Below are positions 41,041-50,432 of a DNA stretch of 64,000 bases, in pieces (the stretch's first letter is position 1; every line of letters starts with the position of its first letter). Source of the stretch: Bacillota bacterium (GTDB lineage Bacteria; Bacillota_I; Bacilli_A; RF39; UBA660); the NCBI GenBank assembly GCA_015059495.1, contig SVAI01000001.1, positions 735,811 to 799,810 of the forward strand, written 5' to 3'. The position numbers and the translations under genes were made by a program. Under the pieces are notes generated by a model, which ran no database searches, was not told the DNA's origin, and worked only from the letters and a program-made list of their open reading frames with translations.

Positions 41041-41913
41041 CTATTTAAAAGTATCTATATAATTTACAACTTCATCTATAGTTTTATTAAAGTCACTATA
41101 ATTAGTATTAAACCATTTAATATTCATTTGATTATTAAACCAAGTATATTGTCTTTTAGCATAATGTCTAGAGTTCTTTTTTATTAAATCTATAGCTTCA
41201 TCTAAAGATATATTACCATCAAAATATTGATATAATTCTTTATATCCTATAGCAGTATTAGTAGCTTTACTATTAATATGATTATCATAAAAGTATTTAA
41301 CTTCTTCTAATAATCCTAAATTGATCATCTCATCTACTCTATCATCTATTCTTTTATAAAGATTCTCTCTATCAGTAGTTAATCCAATAAATATAACATT
41401 ATCATATAATAACTTATCACCATTATTATTAGATTCATTTTCTTTATTTAAAAATCTAACTAATCTTTTTCTATTATTAATATGAATATCCATATTTTTA
41501 TCTTTTTTTAATGCTAATTCATATAATTCTTCATTAGATAAATCATCATAAGTATTAACTTCTTTAGTTTCTTCTTCAAAATTATAATCATATAATAATG
41601 CTTTTAAATATAAACCAGTACCACCAACTAATACTATGTTTTTATCTTTATTATCTTCTAATAACTTTCTAGCATCTTTTTGATAATCATACACAGTATA
41701 ATTGGTTTTAGAATCTACAAAATCAAATAAACAATGAGTAACTCCATCCATTTCTTCTTTAGTTGGTTTTGCAGTTCCAATATCCATTCCCTTATATACT
41801 TGCATAGCATCATTATTAACAACTATAGCATTATACTTTTTAGCTAATTCTACAGATAATTTAGTCTTACCAACACCAGTTGGCCCTACAATTGATATAA
41901 TCATATTTCTCAC
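41041..41913 (-). CDS. miaA: tRNA dimethylallyltransferase MiaA
   Basis: P-loop IVGPTGVGKT. 290 aa. IPPT family. Confidence 0.9.
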   Translation of the reverse strand: MRNMIISIVGPTGVGKTKLSVELAKKYNAIVVNNDAMQVYKGMDIGTAKPTKEEMDGVTHCLFDFVDSKTNYTVYDYQKDARKLLEDNKDKNIVLVGGTGLYLKALLYDYNFEEETKEVNTYDDLSNEELYELALKKDKNMDIHINNRKRLVRFLNKENESNNNGDKLLYDNVIFIGLTTDRENLYKRIDDRVDEMINLGLLEEVKYFYDNHINSKATNTAIGYKELYQYFDGNISLDEAIDLIKKNSRHYAKRQYTWFNNQMNIKWFNTNYSDFNKTIDEVVNYIDTFK

Positions 41914-41931
41914 CTGTTTACATATTATACA

Positions 41932-42723
41932 CTATCTTTTCTTAATTGGGTATCCCCCATCTAACAATAAAAACTGATCATGACTACTAGATAATTCACT
42001 ATCTAAAAAAGCCTTAACTTGTGCATCAGTAGTTCCATTTTTATATACATCAGTTACATCAATTACCATAACATTATCAATATTAATATTTAATTCAGAA
42101 AAGTTAGTATCATTATCAACACCAGTCTTCATATTACTAACATTAAATCCTAAATATTGACTATCACTATTAACATTAACAGTTAATATTTCACTATACA
42201 AATTCCAACTAGAATATTCACCACATAAACGATTCTCTGCTTTTAATGTATAAGTTATAGAACCTATTTTTAAATATGGTTGATCATTAGTACAATTAAT
42301 TGTATAGTTTCTAAATACATTATATCTAACATATATTTTACTTGAAGTAGCTCTTTTCTTTAATAATCTAGAACTATTAATAGTTTGACCAAAAGAAGCA
42401 GCAGTTGGTTTTAGTCTTATATATGATGATCTTTGTGTTGACTCATCATTATACGCTACAGCATTTGTACCTAATGTCCACGCAGTACTATTAAATGCAC
42501 CAGTTTTAATACTATCAAAATCTCCATCTATAATAGAATTATATAAAGTAGTAAATTTACCAATAATAACATTATCATTTAAATCATTTAATACATTTTC
42601 ATTAGAACTATTAATTAAAGTTTGATATTGAGTATATGTAGCCATTATCATTAATGTCATAGTTAAAAAAATAATAAAGAAAGAAAACATTAATGAAGTT
42701 GCAATAAATCCATTCTTTTTCAT
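41932..42723 (-). CDS. hypothetical membrane-anchored protein
   Basis: 263 aa. N-terminus MKKNGFIATSLMFSFFIIFLTMTLMIM. S/T/N-rich ectodomain. It lies downstream of the bacteriocin-like peptide genes. Confidence 0.35.
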   Translation of the reverse strand: MKKNGFIATSLMFSFFIIFLTMTLMIMATYTQYQTLINSSNENVLNDLNDNVIIGKFTTLYNSIIDGDFDSIKTGAFNSTAWTLGTNAVAYNDESTQRSSYIRLKPTAASFGQTINSSRLLKKRATSSKIYVRYNVFRNYTINCTNDQPYLKIGSITYTLKAENRLCGEYSSWNLYSEILTVNVNSDSQYLGFNVSNMKTGVDNDTNFSELNINIDNVMVIDVTDVYKNGTTDAQVKAFLDSELSSSHDQFLLLDGGYPIKKR

Positions 42724-42750
42724 TATCTACTCACCTACTATACATATTTT

Positions 42751-42782
42751 ATCATAATAATAAAAAAAGAGATAGTTAAATC
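42751..42782 (-). terminator. intrinsic terminator after the bacteriocin-like peptide genes
   Basis: Minus strand AAAAAGAGAT-ttaact-ATCTCTTTTTTT. Confidence 0.5.
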
Positions 42783-42791
42783 TCTTTTTTA

Positions 42792-42947
42792 TTAACGACA
42801 TACTTTACCACTTATAGCCATTCGAATAGATGTACCAAGACTTCTACCTAACTCTAAAGCAGTATTAACAACTCTAGCAGCAGCATTCATTAGTGTAGCA
42901 CTAAACCATCCACCACCAACAACATTAATTAGTTCTTCTTCTCTCAT
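42792..42947 (-). CDS. double-glycine-leader bacteriocin-like peptide 1 (51 aa)
   Basis: Not in the ORF track. AAGGAGG RBS. Leader MREEELINVVGG (hydrophobic at -4, -7, -12; Glu at -8). Predicted amphipathic 39-aa core GWFSATLMNAAARVVNTALELGRSLGTSIRMAISGKVCR. Confidence 0.6.
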   Translation of the reverse strand: MREEELINVVGGGWFSATLMNAAARVVNTALELGRSLGTSIRMAISGKVCR

Positions 42948-42958
42948 GATTTACCTCC

Positions 42959-43105
42959 TTATTTTCTACAACCGTATGGTCTAAAAAAGCCATCAATTAT
43001 GCCAATAACGAATGCACCACCAGTAATTAATGCACCGATTAGTCCAAGACTAATTGCACCACCTTTAACATCTTTTAATTCTTCTTTACTAAGTTCTATT
43101 TTCAT
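42959..43105 (-). CDS. double-glycine-leader bacteriocin-like peptide 2 (48 aa)
   Basis: Not in the ORF track. GGAGG RBS. Leader MKIELSKEELKDVKGG fits the LSxxELxxIxGG consensus. The 32-aa core AISLGLIGALITGGAFVIGIIDGFFRPYGCRK has GxxxG-type motifs. Its stop overlaps the RBS of peptide 1. Confidence 0.6.
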   Translation of the reverse strand: MKIELSKEELKDVKGGAISLGLIGALITGGAFVIGIIDGFFRPYGCRK

Positions 43106-43115
43106 AACATACCTC

Positions 43116-43550
43116 CTATAATAAAACATTAATTATTTTATTTATTATTAGTTCTTTATTCGAATACAAACTAACATCTATAAAAGTATTTAATATACCA
43201 TCATCTAGTTGGTCTACTTCTAAAGTTACAATTTGATAATTATTCTTAGTTAATTCATCTGAATATATATCACTAACTGTTATATTATTTATATTTTTGT
43301 TTTCTTTGTTAATTTTAATCATATCTATATTTTTATATTTATTAGTATCTAAATAATTAACAGTTAATTCTATCTTACATATATCATCACAACTAACATA
43401 TCCTTTTATTTTTTTAACATCATATATTTTAAAAATAAATAAAGATATTATGATAATACTAAAACTAATTAATATTAAATATATTAATATATTATATTTT
43501 GGTTTTAAACTTCTTAAATAACTTATATTATCAACCATTAAAACCACCAC
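43116..43550 (-). CDS. short membrane-anchored accessory protein of the bacteriocin exporter (HlyD/LcnD-like, truncated)
   Basis: 144 aa. N-terminal TM then a small beta-rich domain. It overlaps the ABC gene by 20 nt and precedes the peptide genes by 10 nt. Confidence 0.4.
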   Translation of the reverse strand: MVVLMVDNISYLRSLKPKYNILIYLILISFSIIIISLFIFKIYDVKKIKGYVSCDDICKIELTVNYLDTNKYKNIDMIKINKENKNINNITVSDIYSDELTKNNYQIVTLEVDQLDDGILNTFIDVSLYSNKELIINKIINVLL

Positions 43551-45579
43551 TTACTACTAAATCAAAATGATAACTAGGCTTAAAATGAGAAATAATAATG
43601 AAGGTTTTATTATTATAATAGTTAAAAATATTATTAATCATTTTATTAGCATCACCTTCTTCTACTGCACTAAATGTTTCATCAAAAATTATTATTGGGT
43701 TATCTTTTAATAATTCTCTTGCCATGATAATTCTAGATCTTTCTCCACCACTCAAATTAGAAACATCTTCTCTTATCATAGTATCTAATCTTAAAGACTT
43801 CTTATTTAATATATCATTAACTTCACATAATTCTAATACAGTATTTAATTTATTCTTATCAACATCCATATTTAAAGTAATATTATTAAAAATAGTATCA
43901 TTAAATATAGCTTCATCTTGAGATATATAAGAAATATTATTTCTAATAGTATCTAAACTATAATCTAATATATTAATATTATTAATTTTAATACTACCTT
44001 TAATTGGATTATATAATCTATCTAATAATTTAAATAAAGTACTCTTACCACTACCACTTTTACCCATAACTAATACTTTACTATTTTCTCTTATTTTTAA
44101 AGAATAATTCTTAATTGGATAATCATACATATTATAAGAATAATCAATATTATTAAACTCTATATCACCATTTTTAAATGACTCTTTTTTCTTATTACTT
44201 TCTTCCTCCAACATAAGAAAATCATTTATTTTAATAAAACTTCTTCTTATATATACATACTTAGGTATTAAATTAATAATATCTTTTATTGGATTAATAA
44301 AAAACATATATAAAGAATTATAAGTAATTAAATCTAATAATTCTAAAGTATTATTAATTACAAACATAAGAGCAAAACTATTTAAGATAAATAAACCTAT
44401 TTCTAATATAAAAGTATTAATAAAATTATAAATATTTATTTTATTATTAATTGAAAAGGTATTATATAAATATTCATATATTTTATTATTTAACTTACTC
44501 ATAGTAAAAGATTTATTATTCTTAACACTTATAATGTGATTTAAACTATTAGTAAGACTAGAATTAAAACTAGTCTGATAATTAATATTATCCTCAATAT
44601 AATTATTAATTGGTTTAATCCATATTAAATTATTAATTAAATAGATAAATATAACTAATAATAATATAATTGTTAATTTCACATTAATAATCATTAATAC
44701 AATTATAGATGTTATAACTAATAATAAATTTAATACTAAAGTAACAAACATATTAGCAAATAATTCTTTTAAGTTATTTAATTCATTAACTCTAGTAATT
44801 ATTTCACCACTGGTTCTATTACTTATAGCATTCAAAGGGATATTAAATATATGTTTAATAAAATCAGGTAATAAACTACAATCAATATTTTTATTAATAT
44901 AATTTTCAAAATAAGTTCTTAAATAATCTAATATTACTTTTAATAAAGTTATTATAAAGAATATTAAAATAATAAAATAAAACATACCCTTATTATTACT
45001 ATCTACATTACCAATAATTACCTTTATCATAAAAGAACTAATTATGGATACAATAGTTAGTAATAAACTAGTAATAAACATTCTTATTATTAATCTATTA
45101 TCACTTTTAATATATCTTAAAAATATATTCAATAATTTATTATCTTTAGAGTAATTAATTACATTAGATATTAAACTAAATTCAATAATAATATCTTTAT
45201 AAATACTTTTAAATTCATCATACTTTAGTTTTCTTAATCCTTTAGCAGGATCCATAACTAATATATACTTTTTAGTTATTTCATAAACTACTATATAATG
45301 CCTTAAACCATTTTTTAATTCAACGTAGGAAATAAACGGATAAACTAATTTACTCTTTATTAAATCATCAAAACTAATTCTTGTACCCCTTCCATCAAAC
45401 CCGTACCTTTTAGCTGCAGCAATTAAATTAAAAGCACTAATACCTGATGAACTAATACATGAATCTATTTTTATCTTTTCTAGTGATATATTACCACCAT
45501 AATATTTAATAATAGATAGTAAACAAGCAGCACCACAATCCTTAATATCTTGTTGTCTAACAACTACTTTTTTAAACAT
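43531..45579 (-). CDS. bacteriocin-processing ABC transporter with N-terminal C39 double-glycine peptidase domain
   Basis: N-terminus VVRQQDIKDCGAACLLSIIKYYG (C39 Cys motif). Six TM helices. NBD GKSGSGKST, LSGGERSR, Walker B-like IIIFDETFSAVE. Confidence 0.8.
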   Translation of the reverse strand: MFKKVVVRQQDIKDCGAACLLSIIKYYGGNISLEKIKIDSCISSSGISAFNLIAAAKRYGFDGRGTRISFDDLIKSKLVYPFISYVELKNGLRHYIVVYEITKKYILVMDPAKGLRKLKYDEFKSIYKDIIIEFSLISNVINYSKDNKLLNIFLRYIKSDNRLIIRMFITSLLLTIVSIISSFMIKVIIGNVDSNNKGMFYFIILIFFIITLLKVILDYLRTYFENYINKNIDCSLLPDFIKHIFNIPLNAISNRTSGEIITRVNELNNLKELFANMFVTLVLNLLLVITSIIVLMIINVKLTIILLLVIFIYLINNLIWIKPINNYIEDNINYQTSFNSSLTNSLNHIISVKNNKSFTMSKLNNKIYEYLYNTFSINNKINIYNFINTFILEIGLFILNSFALMFVINNTLELLDLITYNSLYMFFINPIKDIINLIPKYVYIRRSFIKINDFLMLEEESNKKKESFKNGDIEFNNIDYSYNMYDYPIKNYSLKIRENSKVLVMGKSGSGKSTLFKLLDRLYNPIKGSIKINNINILDYSLDTIRNNISYISQDEAIFNDTIFNNITLNMDVDKNKLNTVLELCEVNDILNKKSLRLDTMIREDVSNLSGGERSRIIMARELLKDNPIIIFDETFSAVEEGDANKMINNIFNYYNNKTFIIISHFKPSYHFDLVVSGGFNG

Positions 45580-45657
45580 ATCTTATTTCTCCCTTCATAA
45601 GATATATTATCGATAAGTTGCTTATTTCCTTTTTTTTAAATAAAAAAAATGCAAAAT

Positions 45658-46425
45658 TTACTTAAATTTTACATTTTTACTATTTTTCTTAGATGTCTTC
45701 TTTACACCTTTAGCGTCAATAACCATATTTTTAATATCATTCAATTCTTTCCTTAAATCCTTAGCTAAGTTTGGATAGTTCTTAATTAAACGATTTTGCT
45801 TAAATCTAATCTTAGCAAGTTGACTTTGATGTTTACTTTCAAACATTTGAGGTATTAATTTTAATTTATCCTTCTTTAATTCTTCAGCAACTATTAATCT
45901 TGAACGTAAGTTATAAGCAATAAATACTGACCAAACAAAATCCGCAATAACTACAATAAATAATAAAACAGATGCCATAATTAAATACTTACTACTAATA
46001 CTTAATATTATATTATCTACTACTGGATTAATAATATATAAAATAATTAATATACCAAATCCAAATAGAATAGAATTTTGTAAACATATTCTACCATTAA
46101 TACTATCTCTTCTATATGAATAATCCCACCATTTATTATTAAATATTTTTTCAAATATATAACTAGTAAAATATTCTAATATAGATGTTATTAACATACC
46201 CATAACAAATACTATTATTGGATCATCTAAATATTCTTTTAAAGTGTATATAGTTAATATAGCACCAAAGCCATAAATTGGACAAAGAGGTCCAAATAAG
46301 AAACCTCTATTAACCCATTTCTTTTGTAAGAAACTACAATATATAACTTCACTAATATATCCTATTACACTATAAATAATAAATTGAATAAAAATATAGC
46401 TTAAATTATACATAATTATCACCAA
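45658..46425 (-). CDS. polytopic membrane protein (DUF1113 / 'ABC-transporter type IV'-like)
   Basis: 255 aa, ~6 TM helices. FGPLCPIYGFG and WWDYSY motifs are reminiscent of PF06541. A possible immunity or accessory role is speculative. Confidence 0.35.
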   Translation of the reverse strand: MVIIMYNLSYIFIQFIIYSVIGYISEVIYCSFLQKKWVNRGFLFGPLCPIYGFGAILTIYTLKEYLDDPIIVFVMGMLITSILEYFTSYIFEKIFNNKWWDYSYRRDSINGRICLQNSILFGFGILIILYIINPVVDNIILSISSKYLIMASVLLFIVVIADFVWSVFIAYNLRSRLIVAEELKKDKLKLIPQMFESKHQSQLAKIRFKQNRLIKNYPNLAKDLRKELNDIKNMVIDAKGVKKTSKKNSKNVKFK

Positions 46426-46427
46426 AC

Positions 46428-47702
46428 TTACTTAGAAGTTTCCTTAATATTTTCATTCTTAGTATTAGGATTTAATTGGCCATTACTTCTTTCTCTAGCT
46501 CTACGTTTAGTTTCTTCAACTAATTCTTCATCAGTCATTACGTGTCCAGAATCACCAGTAGATCCATTTGCACCAAATCCAACATTAGGACACTTCTTAC
46601 TTCCTAAAATACAATCCATACATGTACTGAACTGTCCTTTAACATTATCCCATCCATCAATATAATGGAATAAAGCAAGTATAATCGATGGAACAAAGAA
46701 TATTAATACACAAGCAATAGCTCTTCTTAATAAACTTATAGCTTGTTTTTTAATACTATCATCTTTTCCTTCAAGTACAGCCTTAGACATATCAAACATA
46801 CCCATAATTATAATAACAATAGGAGCAATTATTTTAATAATAGTAACAAATATACCAACTAATCTAAATGATGCAACAACTTTAGGATTTTCATTAGCAT
46901 CACATATTTCTAATGCATCAGATACATTCGCAATTGTTGGATCTTCAGTTGTTCCAGATTCACCAGAACCTGAACCTTCATTACCAGAATCACAGTCAAT
47001 ATTAACTCCCATGGCTTTTTTAAAGTCATTACAAGAAGCATAATTTAATGCAGTTTGATATTCACCAATATTAGTTAGTGCTGAGGCACAATTCTTTTGC
47101 ATTTCAGAATAAGTAGAATCATCTTTAGAAATATATCCACTAGAAACATAACCATTTATCTCAGAAACTTTACTTCTAATTTGTGAAGCGTAAGCATTAG
47201 CCTCATTTTTACACTCAGTATATTTTGTTGAAACTTTACCTTCAGCCCAACATTTTGTATAATCAAACTTCATTGAAGATACATTTTTACATTGAGTATT
47301 TAAATTTGTTAGTTCCTCTTTAGCACTATCGACATGTCTTGTATCACCAGTATCTTCCGCATAAGTCAAACTATTTAAAATAGTAGCCTTTTTTTCAGTA
47401 GCATCAGCAATCATTTGATCATAGTCATAATATAAATATAATTTAGAATTGTAAACATAACTATATGATGGACACTTCTTGCCAGATATAAATGTATCTT
47501 TTACATTTTCCCAGTTAGAAATTGGTAACCCATCAACATTAGAAACATTACCTTTATCATCTACATCAAAAGTAATTTTATATTTATTAGCAGCCAAAGA
47601 ATTATCATAATTACTATAACCACATGATACAGCATAAACATTACTTTTTAAAACAAATAAACTAAAAATTGCAAAAATAATTAAATTTAATTTTTTCTTC
47701 AT
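46428..47702 (-). CDS. secreted Cys-rich protein with C-terminal membrane-spanning region
   Basis: Signal peptide MKKKLNLIIFAIFSLFVLKSNVYA. The ectodomain has ~16 Cys. Two to three C-terminal TM helices and a basic cytoplasmic tail. Co-operonic with the 255-aa protein (2-nt gap). Confidence 0.35.
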   Translation of the reverse strand: MKKKLNLIIFAIFSLFVLKSNVYAVSCGYSNYDNSLAANKYKITFDVDDKGNVSNVDGLPISNWENVKDTFISGKKCPSYSYVYNSKLYLYYDYDQMIADATEKKATILNSLTYAEDTGDTRHVDSAKEELTNLNTQCKNVSSMKFDYTKCWAEGKVSTKYTECKNEANAYASQIRSKVSEINGYVSSGYISKDDSTYSEMQKNCASALTNIGEYQTALNYASCNDFKKAMGVNIDCDSGNEGSGSGESGTTEDPTIANVSDALEICDANENPKVVASFRLVGIFVTIIKIIAPIVIIIMGMFDMSKAVLEGKDDSIKKQAISLLRRAIACVLIFFVPSIILALFHYIDGWDNVKGQFSTCMDCILGSKKCPNVGFGANGSTGDSGHVMTDEELVEETKRRARERSNGQLNPNTKNENIKETSK

Positions 47703-47787
47703 TTATATCAACTCTTCTCTATAATTATAACATAAAATTACTATATTTCTATCATAAATATTTAATACTTAACATATTTATTATTAG

Positions 47788-48282
47788 GTGATATTAATGA
47801 ATAAAAAGAATCTTATATATGTATCTTTAATTAGTCTTATTTTAATACTTGGTATATATTATATAACTATACCAAATAACATGTTAGAGAATGTTGAACC
47901 AACCATATCTGAATCAATTGATAATACATCAACTGAAGAAATAAGTTCTCTTGTAGGTCTACGTGTAGAAAATGAAGAAATGGTAATTGCTAAACTAGAG
48001 GACCTTCAAAACACTATTACTGATACATCCAAATCTTCAGAAGAAAAAAACATAGCATATGAACAACTAAAAAACTTAAACCAGCTTAAAGGTAAACAAG
48101 AAGAAATTGAAAAATTAATTAAAAAAGAATTTAACTTTGATTCATTTGTTAAAATAAATGAAGATCAAATAAATATAGTTATTTCAAATAATAATCATAA
48201 TAAAGAATTAGCAAATAACATTATTAAAAAAGTACAATCTATGTTTAAAGAAAAGAAATATATAACCATTAAATTTAATTAA
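47788..48282 (+). CDS. SpoIIIAH-like protein (putative)
   Basis: N-terminal TM, coiled coil, and a C-terminal FDSFVKINEDQINIVISNNN...ANNIIKKVQSMF block resembling the SpoIIIAH/YscJ-like fold. Confidence 0.35.
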   Translation: MILMNKKNLIYVSLISLILILGIYYITIPNNMLENVEPTISESIDNTSTEEISSLVGLRVENEEMVIAKLEDLQNTITDTSKSSEEKNIAYEQLKNLNQLKGKQEEIEKLIKKEFNFDSFVKINEDQINIVISNNNHNKELANNIIKKVQSMFKEKKYITIKFN

Positions 48283-48308
48283 CATATAATATACTAGAGA
48301 GTGATTAT

Positions 48309-48509
48309 ATGAATATATTAACAATTAGAGAAAAAGAAATATTTGATTTATTAATACAAAATAACACTACTAAAGAAATATCTAAATTATTACATATTAG
48401 TGAAAAAACAACTAGAAATCATATTTCGAATGTAATACAAAAACTGGGAGTAAAATCTAGAACTCAAGCACTAGTAGAACTAATAAAACTAAAGTGTATA
48501 AAAATATAG
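48309..48509 (+). CDS. gerE: GerE/LuxR-family HTH transcription regulator
   Basis: 66 aa. LTIREKEIFDLLIQNNTTKEISKLLHISEKTTRNHISNVIQKLGVKSRTQA is a LuxR-type HTH of GerE size. Confidence 0.6.
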   Translation: MNILTIREKEIFDLLIQNNTTKEISKLLHISEKTTRNHISNVIQKLGVKSRTQALVELIKLKCIKI

Positions 48510-48554
48510 GTCTATTTAAGACCTATTTTTATATACTTTATTAGAGGTTATATT

Positions 48555-49448
48555 ATGTTAAAAAGAGCTATTAAAAAAAGAATATTAATTACTATAACTA
48601 CTCTAATAATATTATTAATAATTTATATAATACCAATAAATAAAGAATTTAATGAAACTATATCTTATAACAATAATATTAATTATATATATTTACTTAA
48701 TGATAACAAATTAATTAGAACTAGTATTATTTCAAATGAAGAAGATACTCTAAACAAAGTTAAAGAAATAATTAATAACTTAAAAGATAATAACTATAAT
48801 GATAAATTAAAATCAATAATACCTAAAGATACTAAAATAATAAATTTATCTTTAGATAATAAATTATTAAAGATTAACTTTAGTAAAGAACTATTAAATA
48901 TACCATCTAATCTAGAAGAAAAATTAATTGAATCACTTATATATTCTTTAACTGAACTAGATGAAATAGATTCAATAATGATATTTATTGAAGATAAATT
49001 ATTATTGCAATTACCTAACTCTAATAAAAAACTACCAAGTATATTAACTAGAGATTATGGTATTAATAAAATATATAATTTAACTAGTATTAATAATGTT
49101 AATAAAGTAACTATATATTATTATCAAGAATTAAATAATAACTATAATGCCGTACCAGTAACTATATTTACTAATGATAATACTGAAAAAATAGAAGTTA
49201 TTATTAAAGATTTAAAATCATCTTCTATATACCAAACTAACTTAGTATCATTTCTATCAAGTAATACTAAATTATTAGATTATGAATTAACCGAAAATAA
49301 AATAAAACTTAATTTTAATCAACCCCTATTAGACACATTTTATAATGATTCCCTACTAGAAGAAGTTAAATATGCTATATCTAATTCTATTAAAGATACT
49401 TATAATGTTAAAGATGTAATAATAACTGTTAATAATAAAGAAATATAA
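48555..49448 (+). CDS. GerM-like (GerMN-domain) membrane-anchored protein, putative
   Basis: Signal anchor and two repeated ~120-aa modules of Germane-domain size. Context next to gerE and the spoIIIAH-like gene. Confidence 0.3.
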   Translation: MLKRAIKKRILITITTLIILLIIYIIPINKEFNETISYNNNINYIYLLNDNKLIRTSIISNEEDTLNKVKEIINNLKDNNYNDKLKSIIPKDTKIINLSLDNKLLKINFSKELLNIPSNLEEKLIESLIYSLTELDEIDSIMIFIEDKLLLQLPNSNKKLPSILTRDYGINKIYNLTSINNVNKVTIYYYQELNNNYNAVPVTIFTNDNTEKIEVIIKDLKSSSIYQTNLVSFLSSNTKLLDYELTENKIKLNFNQPLLDTFYNDSLLEEVKYAISNSIKDTYNVKDVIITVNNKEI

Positions 49449-49456
49449 AAAGAATA

Positions 49457-50383
49457 TTATGGTTTTAATATTCTCTTCTTTGTTTTCTCTTCTTTAAGTG
49501 CTCTATCAAGTTCTTTTATCATATCTATATTATTATATACTTTAATATTATTATCAAAACTAATATTAAATTCATCACTTACCATTGCTTCACCATCAAC
49601 ATTAGCATTAATAGGTTTTCTAGATACAATAGTAATATTATCAAGCATGTGTTTTTCTACGCCATTCATATCTTCATGTTTACCATCATGCATTTTAAGA
49701 ATAGTCTTTAAAAGTTGTATATGACCAAAACCATCTACTAAATAAACATCAAATAAATTGTCTTGAATATCTGCAGTTGGTGCAATATTAAATCCACCAC
49801 CATAATATCTACTATTGCATACAGCTACAGTAGCAAACTTACCTGCTATAGCAGTATTATAAATACCCTCTTTAAAATATATTTCTAATTCTTTAGGTCT
49901 ATAACTAGCAAAATGTGCTATAGCACTTAATGGATATCTAAGTTTTTCAGGTATTATTCTATTATGAATAAATCTATCATCATTAGCAGCATCAGCATCC
50001 ATACCAAAACAAGCAACATTAATAAAATATTTATCATTTATTTTACCAACATTTACTTCTCTAATATCTTGTTTATAAGTAGACATTACTCTATCAAAAT
50101 CATTACCAGTACCATTAGGTAAATAACCTAACGTAGCTTCTGTACCAACAATAGCATTTAATACACGGTTGATCATTCCATCTCCACCAACTGCATATAT
50201 AATACTATTCTTATTAGCATATTCTTTAACTAAATCTTCAGTTGATTTTTTCTTACTATTAGTAACACATTTATAATCCATATTATGATTAACACAATAT
50301 TTAAATATTTCATTACTTAGTTTATTACAATCTTCATTTCTAAAACTATTTAATATAAACACATGTTTCATAAAACCCTCCAC
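49457..50383 (-). CDS. diacylglycerol/lipid kinase (DagK/YegS family)
   Basis: DAGK catalytic motif IYAVGGDGMINRVLNAIVG. 308 aa. Confidence 0.75.
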   Translation of the reverse strand: MEGFMKHVFILNSFRNEDCNKLSNEIFKYCVNHNMDYKCVTNSKKKSTEDLVKEYANKNSIIYAVGGDGMINRVLNAIVGTEATLGYLPNGTGNDFDRVMSTYKQDIREVNVGKINDKYFINVACFGMDADAANDDRFIHNRIIPEKLRYPLSAIAHFASYRPKELEIYFKEGIYNTAIAGKFATVAVCNSRYYGGGFNIAPTADIQDNLFDVYLVDGFGHIQLLKTILKMHDGKHEDMNGVEKHMLDNITIVSRKPINANVDGEAMVSDEFNISFDNNIKVYNNIDMIKELDRALKEEKTKKRILKP

Positions 50384-50432
50384 TAACTATTTTTATTATA
50401 AATAAAAAGAATAAAACTATCAAGTTTTATTC

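Noticed and set aside
41932-42723. Type IV (pseudo)pilin assignment for the 263-aa protein with N-terminus MKKNGFIATSLMF
   Set aside because: G-F is present, but the conserved Glu at +5 and the typical T-L-I-E context are missing. There are no adjacent pilus genes. It is kept only as a membrane-anchored hypothetical.
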